Shown here piece by piece: positions 9,265 through 21,013 of a stretch of 37,692 nucleotides of DNA. Made by a program: the position numbers and the translations under genes. Within the stretch, counting starts at the first letter, position 1; each line of letters begins with the position of its first letter. The DNA comes from Neovahlkampfia damariscottae (lineage: Eukaryota), in contig JABLTG010000175.1 of NCBI GenBank assembly GCA_016618085.1, forward strand, positions 1 through 37,692, in the 5' to 3' direction. The notes beneath the pieces are model-generated. The model searched no databases and had not been told where the DNA came from. It saw only the letters and a program-made list of their open reading frames with translations.

Positions 9265-10721
9265 TTATTCAAACAAGTTTTTCAAAAATTCATTGTAAAA
9301 TATCCCATTTGGATCCATTTGCTTTCTTAATTTTTTAAAATCTTCAAATTTTGGATAATCTTTTTTCAATTCTTCTTTTGTTTTGCTGAATGTTTTTGCC
9401 CAGTGAGCAATTCCTCCATATTTTTTCAAAATTCTTTCGGCTTCAAGATGATATTGTTTCCATTTTTCTGAAGATTGATTATGAAGTTCAATATGAAATG
9501 AAGCAGCATCAAATTGAAATTTACTCAACCACATACTAGAATCTTTTCCAATAAACCTAATCTCATTGAAAAAATTGGATTTGACAGGTGAATTGTTCAT
9601 AAAATACCTGAACTCTTCATGAAATTTTTCAAAATTTTCAAGTGGAATAATGTACTCCATTGCATTATATGGTTTATCTGCACCATTTCCACCAAATGGT
9701 GATAAAGCAAGATAACTCTTTTCTACATCTCGAGACTTTGGAGAAAATATTACCATAAATAAATGTTGCATGATTGAATAACTGATATATTCAAATATTC
9801 TTCTTATTTTAACAAATAAAAATCCTTCATAACCTTGTATATATTTTTGAAAATCAGATTTGATAGTTATTTCTTTTTTAGTTTTTTTTTGAAGTTTGAC
9901 AATAAATTTATCAGCATAAGGAAAATACCAAAGAGTAACAAAATCATTATCTTTCAAATAATTTCTAAAATTTGAAATGGTTTCAGGAACACTTTGAATT
10001 AATTTTTCTGTTTCAATACGAAAAAATGATTCACATTGAATTGTAACTTTTGTTATAATTCCCAATGCACCAAGTGATATTCTTCCGGCATTATAAAGCT
10101 CTAAATTATTATCTTTTGATGCAAAATGAATATTTCCTTCTCCATCAATCATTTCAAAAGATGTAATAAATGAACTTATTGGACCATGAAATATTTTGCC
10201 ATTTTTTAATGAACTTGTTCCATGTGTTCCTGTAATTATAGCTCCTGCAATACTTTGTTCTGTTATGGTTCCCAAATTTGAAAGAGATAAACCATGTTTT
10301 TCTAAAACAATATTCAAATCTTTTAATCTAATTCCTCCTTCAACTGTAATTTGTTTATTTTTTTTATTAACTTCAATGACTTTGTTTAAAAAATCGAGAT
10401 TTAATAAAGTGTCATTCGTCATTCCAATTGCTAGAAAAAATAAAAACAACAAATATTTGAACCATTTAATGAGTGACCACTTCCAATTACTTTGACAATC
10501 TTTTTATCTTTGTTTGATTTTTTAATTATTGAAATTATCTCTTCAACTGTTTTTGGTTGAAGAAATTCTTTTGGAAAAGATTTATCAAAAGTAGTGTATG
10601 ATTGAAGTACTTTAAGTTTTTTGAATTCTTCAAAAGAAAATGGTTGTTTTTCACTATATGTAATAAGATAAAGAACAATCGAAATTAAGGTGACAAATAA
10701 CAAAATTAGTCTGTTCACCAT
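9265..10721 (-). CDS. FAD-linked aldonolactone oxidase (GULO/ALO family) with N-terminal signal or anchor
   Basis: VIGSGHS flavinylation motif, QSIAGAIITGTHG, SLGALGIITKVT, C-terminal HWAK and DPNGIF. One short intron at about 10432-10463. Confidence 0.88.
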
Positions 10722-10757
10722 TTTGGAAAATTTGAAGCCAAAGTCTATAAGTTGTTG

Positions 10758-10762
10758 ATTGG
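10758..10762. promoter_or_regulatory. CCAAT box (ATTGG) in the 75-bp divergent spacer between the lactone oxidase and RGS-RasGEF genes
   Basis: TGATTGGT midway between ATG 10721 (-) and ATG 10797 (+); the same motif precedes most genes in the window. Confidence 0.6.
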
Positions 10763-10796
10763 TCAATTACTTTTCTGTTAGAAACATAACGGATGG

Positions 10797-13700
10797 ATGA
10801 GTGTCTTGGACAAAATTAAGTACTTCTCACAAATTTCTGAAAAAACTGCCAAAGAAACATCAAACATCCAAAGAAATCCAAATCCAAATGGAAATGCATT
10901 GTTGGAAGAAAATACACTCCAACAACCTAAATCAGAAAAAAGAAGTCCATTGATGGATGATAATAATTCAAAGAAAGAATTACAAAAAGACACAACAACA
11001 AAATTTCAAGAAGATATCAAACCTCAAGATGTACAAAAAAAAATTCATCAGAATGGAAATAAAGAAATAGTTGAATCAAATAATAAATATGTACAAACTC
11101 AAAAATGTGTTCCAAGAGATGAAATAAAAGAAAAACTAAAAATAGAATTTAGAGAAAAAAAAGTACCTTTAACTCCAAAATCAGAACCAAAAAAGAAAGT
11201 TGTGTCATACTCAATTCCTAAATTCACTCAAGAATCTAAAATAAATTCAATTCAAATGGACACAGAAGAATTTTCTTCTTTGGATGATTTTATGGAAAAT
11301 GAACTTCATGAAGACACAATTAATGAAATAATAAGTGATATTGTGGATGACAAGGAAGATTTAAAGTACAAAAATTCTTTCATGAAACGTTCATTTGATC
11401 CACCAAAAGATTCAACAATTCAAAAGAAAAGATTCCAAGAAATAAAAAATGAAAGTGACCAACAAATTGACAATTCAATGATAAAACCAAAATCAACAAA
11501 GGAAATTCCAGAAAACTCGAAAGAGAAAAAATCACCAAATTTAGATGATCTAAATACAAAACCTCAAAGGAGACCATCAAAGATCAATGATAGGATATCA
11601 CAAATGGAAAATGTAATTCAAAAAACAAGAAGTGAGTCATTGATAGAAACAAGAAACTCAAAATATTCAATGTCAAAACCATTACCTTCACCAACAATAA
11701 AACTGAAACAGAAAAATTCAATAATAATACCAAATAGAAGCTTGCAATCAAAGTTAATGGAACCTTCAAGTCTTATTTCATCTAAAAAGGAAGATGTCAC
11801 TAATAAGATTGTTGAAGGTAATAAACCAACCAATGAAGAAAATCTACAAATTTTGAAGCAAACTGAAATATCTACCTCAACAATTAAAGAAAAATTAGCT
11901 CAAAGGAAGTTTACTTCACCAATTCCAGCACCAAGCTCACCTGCTCCATTGATTGCAGAAAAACATGTAATTACAACAGGATTAGTTTCAACAAAAACAC
12001 CAACTTTACGAGACAAAATTACTAATTTATTCAGATTTGATAGTGACAGTAACATTTCTGTTTCTGATGATGAAGATTTAAAACCAATGAAACGTATGAG
12101 ATCACCACATTCAAAAAAGAAATCACCTTTGACACCCAAGTTGTCAAATTTATTATCAAAAACATCTTTTGATGAAATTTTAGAAAAACCAATTCTGAGA
12201 GGATACTTTAAAAAATATTTAGAAAAAGATTTCAATGAAAGTAGTTTAAATTTTTATGAACAAGTTGAAAAATTACATGAGATTCAAAAAGAAAAAGATA
12301 ATTTTTTTGATGATGCAATGTTAATTTTACGTCGATTTATTGTTCCAAAAAGTGTTGAAGAAATACCAATTGATAAAATGGAAAGATCAATAATATTTTT
12401 ACAATTCAAAGATATTGATTCAGATCAAATTGAAAAGAAAATACCAAATGATATTTTTGATGATGCACAAGAAAAATCAAAACAATATTTACAATCAAAT
12501 TATTTTCATTCATTTTTACAGTCTAATGAATTTATACAATATTTATTTGAACAAGAAGATTCTTTTTATTTTGAAGGAGAATTTTATTCAAGAAAACGAT
12601 ATGAGCCTTATTTTAAAGAATCAGGAATTACATCATCAGATTTAAATGATGAAAAAATGTCAAAAGAAATGTAAAATAATTTATTTTTAATTTTCTTTCA
12701 AATAGATCAAAAATTATAAAAATGGCAGAAAAAAAGGATTCATCTGAAAATTTAGTAAAACGATTTTCAGAAATGAAAGAAGAAAATAGAAATTCATTAA
12801 ATCCAACTTCAGTTTTTGGTAAGAAAGATAAAAAGAATTCAAACTATTTTCCTAGGATATTATGATACTAAAAATATATCTGAATTACCTTTATTAGATT
12901 TAAAAGAAGATGATATTGAAATGGAAGATAAAACAATCAAATGTGTTACCATTGATAAAATTATTGAATATTTAACAGATCGAAAAAAATCTGATAATGA
13001 TTCATTATATACATTTATGTTATGTTATAGATCATTTATTTCTTCAACTGAATTGATGAATAAATTAAAAATGAGATATTTAACACCTTATCCAATATCA
13101 ATGATGGGTAATATAGAAGAACAAATTGAATGGATAAAATCAGAATTAATACCAATTAGATTAAAGACAACACAAATTTTAAAAGTTTGGTTAGAACATC
13201 ATTTTTATGATTTTAATGATGAATTAATAAAATGTTGTGAAGAATTTATAAAAATGATGAAATTGACAAATGGAAAAGCATTTGCATCTTCCATTGAAAC
13301 AACTTTAAAAAAAAAGAAAAAATCAAAATCAATTTTAAATGTAAAAACAGAAATTATAGGATATAATCAATCAATGATACCAAAACAATGGGAATCAATT
13401 TTTGATTGGGATGCAAAAGAAATCGCCAAACAAATTACATTTAGAGAATATTTAATTTTTAGAAAAATCGGACCTGGAGAATGTGTAAATAAAGCCTGGA
13501 GTTCAAAACAAAAAGCAACAAAAGCTCCAAATATTTTAAATTTAATTGAATGGTTTAATTTATTTTCAGGTTATATTGCAACTAAAGTATTAGAATCACC
13601 AAATGTAAAAGAAAGAGCAAAAAATTTATCATTTGCAATTAATTTAGCAAGTGAATTTAAATCATTAAATAATATAAATGGTATTTATGAAGTAATTTCA

Positions 13701-14117
13701 AGTTTAAATTTGGCATCAGTTCATAGATTAAAACAAACATGGAATTTAATTTCTCAAAGAGATAAAACAACTTATGATGAATTACAACAATATGTTTCAA
13801 ATGATCAAAATTTTAAATTTATGAGAGATCAAATATCAATTTGTATTCCACCACTTGTTCCTTATCTCGGTTTATTTCTAACTGATCTTACTTTTATTGA
13901 TGAAGGAAATCAAGATTTTGTCAATGATAAAATTAATTTTACAAAAGTACAAAGAGTTTCAAATATAATAAGAAATTTAAAAACATATCAACAAACACCT
14001 TATGATATTCATTTGATTGAATGTATTCAAAATCATTTTGATGAAATTGATTTTAGACTTGATGAAGAAGATATGTACGAATTGAGTCTATTAAGAGAAC
14101 CAAGAATAAAGAAATAA
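10797..14117 (+). CDS. RGS-domain RasGEF (disordered N-terminus, RGS, REM, CDC25), about 1082 aa
   Basis: RGS: FKKYLEKDFNESSLNFY...FDDAQ...YFHSFLQS. CDC25: IAKQIT...WFNLFS...PPLVPYLGLFLTDLTFIDEGN...INFTK. Introns 12671-12705 and 12819-12855 join the two ORFs in frame. Confidence 0.88.
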
Positions 14118-14208
14118 TATTATTTGAGAAAATAAAAAAGTATTTTTTTTTATCAAATTCATTTTATTGGTCAAAAATTTTTGAGGTAGTTCAACCAACG
14201 AACAAAGC

Positions 14209-17200
14209 ATGAACTGGTTTTTTGGAGCTAATGAAACCAATGAAGTTGAAAATAAAGAAGTTGAAAATACTGTACAAAAAATATCAAGTTCAACGTTGTT
14301 AGATGACAGACTTGAAGGAATTCAAAAATTATCAGACCTTTCTTCAGAAGAACAATACCACAAAGATTTTGGTGAAGAAACTTTAAAAGTTGTTTTTGAA
14401 CAATTAAAATTACAACATGAAAATGTTGATGTTGTCAAACAATTAATTTTGATAATTTTGAATTTAGAAAAAGTAAGTCGTTTGTTGAGTATTTAATTTT
14501 AAAAAGAATGAAAATTTTATGAAACATATTTTAAAAATAGAATATATTCGAGGAATAGTGATGTTATTAGATTTAAATGAAGAATATATAAAATATCATT
14601 CTGTTCAACTTTTGACTTCTCTTTTAAAAAGAGATGTTGAAACAGTTCAACAAGGTATTTTATCTGAACCTATTGGAGTTGCAAGATTAGTTGATTTAAT
14701 GACTCATGTTGAAGAAATCATAAGAAATGAATGTTTATTATTGATGAATAATTTAACAAAAGGAGGATCACAAGAAATATTAAAAATTATTGCATTTGAA
14801 GGAGCATTTGAAAAATTATTGAATATTTTGAATGAAGAAGGTGGAAATACAGGTGGTATTATTGTACAAGATTGTATTTTAATTTTAAATAATCTTTTAA
14901 ACAATAATCCATCCAATCAAGCTCATTTTCAATTATTAGGTTGTATACCTTATTTAAAAAGTTTAATTTATATTCAAAAATCTAAAGAATATTCAAAAAG
15001 AAATCAAGAAATCATTTATTCAAGTCTTGGTATATTTCATCATTTATCCAATAATGATGATGCAAAAGTAAATAACTTAAATACTCAATTTTTAGAATCA
15101 AATTGTAAAATCTGATTTATTGAATGATATAATTATACTTGCTTTATCAAAAAATATACCAACTTTTATTTCAATTGAAGCTTTGAATGTTTTAGGTGAT
15201 TTAATTTATAAAAATAAAATTGGACAAGAATCACTTTTAGCTTATAATTTTGAAGAAGAAAATGATGGTTATATTCAATCTGCAGTTGTATCTTTATGTA
15301 AAATTATTTTATTTGAAACAGAAGAATTTCAATTGGCTGGATTTGAATGTTTAAAAAAATTTTTAAATTCAAATAAAGAAGGACAATTATTTATTGCTTC
15401 AACTGTTAAAGCACCTACTTTAATTAAATCAATTCAAGAAGAAGGTATGCTTTGTGGTATTACAATATCAAATGCATTATTTGGATATTTAAAACCAAAA
15501 AAAGTAAAACTTGAAAGGTATTCAAATCAATATATTTTAAATAGTATTAGTTTTTTTGCAAGTAAAATCTTAAGTTTGATTATTCGTCAAAGTTCAAAAT
15601 GCAAAGAAATATTATTAGAAATACCATATGAAATTAAATCAACAAATGTTTCATTTTTTCAATGTTTAATTAAAAGTACAATTCATTCAATAAAATCAAA
15701 AGTAAATGAAAAAATATCTTGTGGTTTATTAAAATTATTATGTGAATGGATTTCAAATTCATCTGAATCATCCAATAGATTTTTTGAAAATACAGATCAC
15801 TTTTTATATGTAATTTTTTATAAATTTGATTTTAATTTTTATAGTTTATTGAAGTTGTAAATTCAAATGAAATGAGTATTAATATTCGTGGATTATCATC
15901 AATTTTAATTGGATTATTAGCTATTGAATACAAAGATGAACAAGAATCAATACCTGGTTCATATACAAAAGAAAATATTTATGATGCTTTAATTACCAGA
16001 GTTGGTATTGAAAAATTTGAAGAAAGATGGAATGAATTTAGTTCAAGTTTGGATTTTGTATCTGCTAAAAGTCAATCTCAAATCCAATCTCAATCTCAAC
16101 AACAATCTCAAATTCAAACCCAAATTGATCAATTTTTGAATAATTTTGATAAAGAATTTATCGAATTTACCATTGAATCAACAAGTATATTTTTATTTAT
16201 TTTTAACTTTTTTGAAAGAAAACATTCGAAATTTCCTTTCAATAAAAATTGCAAAATCTAAACCAAAAGAACCTGAAATTGATTTTAAAAAAGAATATCA
16301 AAATTTACAAAAGAATTCATCTGATGAAATTGAAGAATTAAAATTAAAAAAAGAAAAAGATGAATTATTTATTCATAAATTAAATGAAAGAATTGAAGAA
16401 TTTGAATCAAAAATTAAAATATTAAATTCACAACATTCAAGTATTTTAGAAGAGAATCAATATTATTTGAATCAAATTGAGAAATATCAAGATGAAATGA
16501 AAGATTTTACATCACTTCAAAAATTATCAGAAAATATGTTGCAAGAAAAACAAAAAGAGATTTCAAATTTAAAATTAAAAATAGATGAATTTAAAAATGA
16601 AAATGAAGATATTGAATTATTAAAAGAAAAGATTAAAAATTTAAATGAAAATGATTCGTTAATTAAAAATGAAAAAGACCAATTAAATTTAGAAATTAAA
16701 AATTTAAAGAATGAATTAAAAATTAAAGAAGAAAGTTTAATTCAAAAAGAAGAAAATCAAAAAATAAATTTACATTTAAAAAATGAAGAAATTGAAAAAT
16801 TAAAAATTGAAAAAGTATCTATACAAGAATCATTTCAAGAAAATTTAAAAAAAATTGAAAATAAACAACAAGAAATAATTAAAAAATTAAATTTAGAAAA
16901 ACAACAAGAAATTAATCAAATCAATCAAAATTTAAAAAATGAAAAAGAAGAATTAAAAAATAAATTAAAATTAAAACAAAATGAAATTGAAGAATTAATA
17001 TTGAAATTAAATCAAAAAGAAATGGAATTATCAAAATCTTTAGAAGATGAATCACAATTGAAAATTAAAATGGAAAATAAAATACAAAGTATGCAAACTG
17101 AAATGGAGAATATGAAAAAACAAATTGAAACCCAAACACAATCTCAAAATACAATGACTACTCCCCAAACTCAAACACAAACTCAAAACTTACCACCACT

Positions 17201-17393
17201 AATGTCCAATCAAATGCCAAAGAATTTATTTTCCAATTCATCAGATGATCAATTGATTCAAACATTGAAATCAAAAGTAGTAGAACTTGAAAATTCAATT
17301 CATGAAAAAGATTCACAAATTTCTGAATTAGAACGTGATAATGAAGATATGATGGATCTTATTGAAAAATTAGAAAAGAAATATGAAAAGTAA
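14209..17393 (+). CDS. USO1: Vesicle tethering factor p115/Uso1 (armadillo head plus coiled-coil tail)
   Basis: SSTLLDDR, GVARLVDLM, IRNECLLLM, KIIAFEGAFEKL, EEGG..GGIIVQDC, LNNNPSNQ. Long C-terminal coiled coil; four short introns. Confidence 0.92.
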
Positions 17394-17398
17394 ATATG

Positions 17399-19331
17399 TT
17401 ATTCATCTAAAAAAGTCACAATATCTCCATACTCTTTTTCACCTTTTACTGCTTTTGAAAAATTATCCATATCGAATTCCCAATTAATTCTACGCGATGG
17501 ACAATTACAATGTCTATTTTCTGCATATTTCAACCAAGGTTCTAATGCAAAATTAGTTGCTTCTGCACAATTAAATCCATGATTAAATCCACTTTTTAAA
17601 ATATTAAAATAAAATCTAAAAAGTAAATACCTATGATATCCAGCTGGAAATGTAATAATGAATTCACCTGGATTTTGAATTCCAACATAAACTGGTATAT
17701 CATTATTTAAAAGATAAGCAGGTGATATTAATGTTGTTTTATGTTTTATAAATCTTTTACAAATATCAGATTCATCCAAACAAAGTTCTTCCGATAATTC
17801 TTCAACTTTTTTATGATATTGTGAAGGTACTGAATACCATTGTTTAGGTTTACCAAAACTAGAAATAAATTAAAAATCAATATAATCAAACTGTAAATAA
17901 CTAATTTTTAAGAATTTTAAATTTTTTGATATTTTACTTGACACTGTATAAATTCATATCTTCAACATGCCATGAAAAATTGGATTTCCAAGTTCCAAAA
18001 TACAAATATGGTGTTGTTACTCCTGAAAAATGAATTTTTAATTTTTCATACCTGGTATTTCGCATCTTACATAACCAAGAAGACTATTTAAATTATTTAA
18101 ATCCCATGGAACTCCAGGTTTAAAAAATGATTTAGGTATATCATAAGCATATAGTGGTGTATCTAAATTCAAACCTCTCCAAAATTGAGCATCTATTTCT
18201 TCTACTTTTTTTGTTTGTGGTTCAATTGATTCTGATTTTTCTTTAAATTCTAATACTTTAAATTCAGATTGTTTTTCTGGTGAAACTTGAAAAATACCTC
18301 TCTTTCCACTTAATTTTTGTAAAACTGGATTTATCTCCATATCACTAACATTAAATTTTTCATCATAACATTCAAAAGTATTATCCTTTAAATCAGTACT
18401 TGGTCTCCATTCTTTTGGTGGTACAATTTTTATGCAACCAAATTCCATTCCAACATTTTGAATTTTTAAAATGTATGAAGAAAAATCTTCAAATTCTTCC
18501 ATGGTTGGATATAAAACAGGTAATTGTTTTAAATCTTTAAAAACTGATATCTTTGATACTTTTAGTTTTGGTTCTTCTTTTTGTATGGTTTCTTTTAATA
18601 TTCTTTTTTTGGCAGGTATTGAACCATTTTCTTGAATTCTTTTTTTTACAGGTACAATCTTTGGAACATCATCTTCATCATCTTCATCATTTTGTTCTAT
18701 TTTTGACTTTTTATTTGGTGAATGATTTGCTGATAAACTTGATGTAAATAAAGTCAAATCTTGTATAAAATCTGATTCGACTTGAGTCAATGATCTTGTT
18801 CTTCTTCTTTTAGTACTATATACTTCCGTTATTTCAGTACTTAAATCATTATTCGTTTTATATGTACTCTTTGGTTTGAATTCTTCGTTTTCTTGAATCT
18901 TTTTATTTTTTGGTTTCTTTTTTGGTTTTTTTTGAATATCCTCTTTCTTTGGTGAAACTTCTGTTCTTTCAGATAGTTCTCTATACTTATATTTTGCTGA
19001 ACCTAAAAATTTTTTTTTAATCATTTTGATTTGAAAAAGTTACCTATTTTTTGAAAAGCAGATCCTTCTCCTAACTGTTTTATATTTTCAGTGATAGCAG
19101 CAGACATAGAAGCATGTGGTGTTTTTCTTTTAAATTGTCAAAACTTTGTTTTTTCTTTACCCATTAGTTGAGATGTAACCTTTATTAATGGCTAATTGTG
19201 CAATCTCTTTTGGTCCTAATCCTTCTGAATCTGTACTCTCTTTAAGAATTAGTTCAGCAGCATCAGTGAACTTAAATTTTACTGTTAAATGGAACTTTAA
19301 TTCTTACCTTCATTTTTTTAGAACCACTCAT
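17399..19331 (-). CDS. JmjN/JmjC histone demethylase (KDM4-like) with N-terminal HARE-HTH-like domain
   Basis: Jmj[14 protein letters not shown]...[11 protein letters not shown]. Jmj[23 protein letters not shown]...[31 protein letters not shown], with the HxE...H triad intact. Three small 5' exons (introns 19271-19307, 19127-19160, 19003-19043) are missed by the ORF track. Confidence 0.88.
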
Positions 19332-19499
19332 TGTTGGAAGTGAAAAAAATCAATGAACCAATAATATTTCAAAGGTAAAAAAAATTGTTGAATAAAAAAG
19401 ATCAAAAAAGTATTTATCTTTACATATATTTTATCCAGTGGTTTGAGTTTTTCAATCAAAAATTTTATGAATTTTTAAAATTAAATTTACAATTTTTAT

Positions 19500-20859
19500 T
19501 TACCAAATGCCATCCTTTTCCATATTTTTAATAAATAATGAATGAACGATTCTACATCCATCTAAGGACCATGTGAAATCAATATGTCCAAAACTTGGTT
19601 CCACATGAATTTCATGTTTATGTTTAAATTCGTTGACTGTAGCTTCTAAATCTATAACTGGATCACTTCCACCTAAAAAGTATGTACCTTAAAATAACAT
19701 TAAATAAAAAATAAAAAAAAATACTTGGAATCTGATGTAAAAATTCAGTGTCGTAAATTTCTGTAGTTTTTTCTTTTGAATATGTATTGTTTTGATAAGC
19801 ATCAAAATCAAATTTACTAAATTTTCCAGGTGCGTGACATAATTGAAACCAATGAGCTAAAATAATAGTTAAATGAATTTTAATTCTCCGAACCAGCATG
19901 CATAACTGAACAACATCCATCAGGTACACTTTTAAAAACTGAACCTGGTGCATGACAATTAGCTTTAATAAATCCTAAAGAGTTCATAATATTGGAAGTC
20001 ATTAATTTGACAAAAAAAGCAGGAACTGATTTTTGAGCGTAATGTATAATTTTAAGAAATTCTTTTTTTCCAAACCAATTTGGTGGAATAGACATCAATA
20101 ATCGAATATAACTAAAATAAATTAGACACTAAAAAATAGAACTTACAAATTATCTGGTTTTTTAATATGAAGTGCAGGAGCTATCATTCCAAGATATGAT
20201 ATTTTTTTGACATATTCTGGATAGTGATGTAATAATCCAACTATTTGAGCACCTCCTTGTGATTGTCCAACATAACTTTGAAAATGTTAAAAATGTTAAA
20301 ATTTAACATACGCAAATTTCTCTGCTCCTGAAATTTTTAACATTGTTTCAATTTGACAATTTAAATCAAATTTAATAATATCATCAATATTATATTTCCA
20401 AAATATTGCTTCAGAACTTGCTGAATGATCCTGTCCATAGCTTGAACCTAGTTCGGAGTTTTAATTTTCCGGAAATAAAAAAGTACCTCTGTTATGTCCA
20501 ATCCAAACATCATATCCTCTATTAGCTAATTGAATTGCTAATGAGTCTTCATATGCAACATAAGCACCTCCTGTTTCAAGAAAACCATGTTGAAAAAAAA
20601 CAGCCCTTTTGTTGTTTTCGTTTTCAATTTTTGGAAGAATTCTTTGTGATATAATAATACAACCATCTTTTGTTATACTTCTATGGATTTCACATTTCAA
20701 ACCTTTTTCTTCTATTTGGAGTTCAATAAATTTTGGACCAACTCCATAAAAGAAACCGATGATGGTGGAGTAAATAATTTGAAGTATACTCATAATAAAT
20801 GAGAATACATTGAAAATTATTGAAAACAAGTAAAGTGTTGTGTTCTTCGCAACACTCAT
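19500..20859 (-). CDS. Acid/gastric lipase-type alpha/beta hydrolase (sterol esterase-like), multi-exon
   Basis: VFFQHG, SLAIQLANRGYDVWIGHNRG, nucleophile YVGQSQG, catalytic FGHIDFTW; stop at 19500. Start uncertain. Confidence 0.85.
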
Positions 20860-21013
20860 CAATGTACAACTCAAGTTCTGAAAACGATTATGATTGGATA
20901 GGAAATTGTTCAACTATAAATAACTCATTTTTAAAAAATTATAACACATCAATCATTATTTTTTTGTTTTTCAGTTAAAAAAAATAAAGTTATTCCATTG
21001 GTTAAAAATTAAC

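Noticed and set aside
16070..16125. CAATCT/CAA repeats in USO1 (also about 17130-17190)
   Set aside because: Ordinary Gln/Ser/Thr low-complexity coding linkers.
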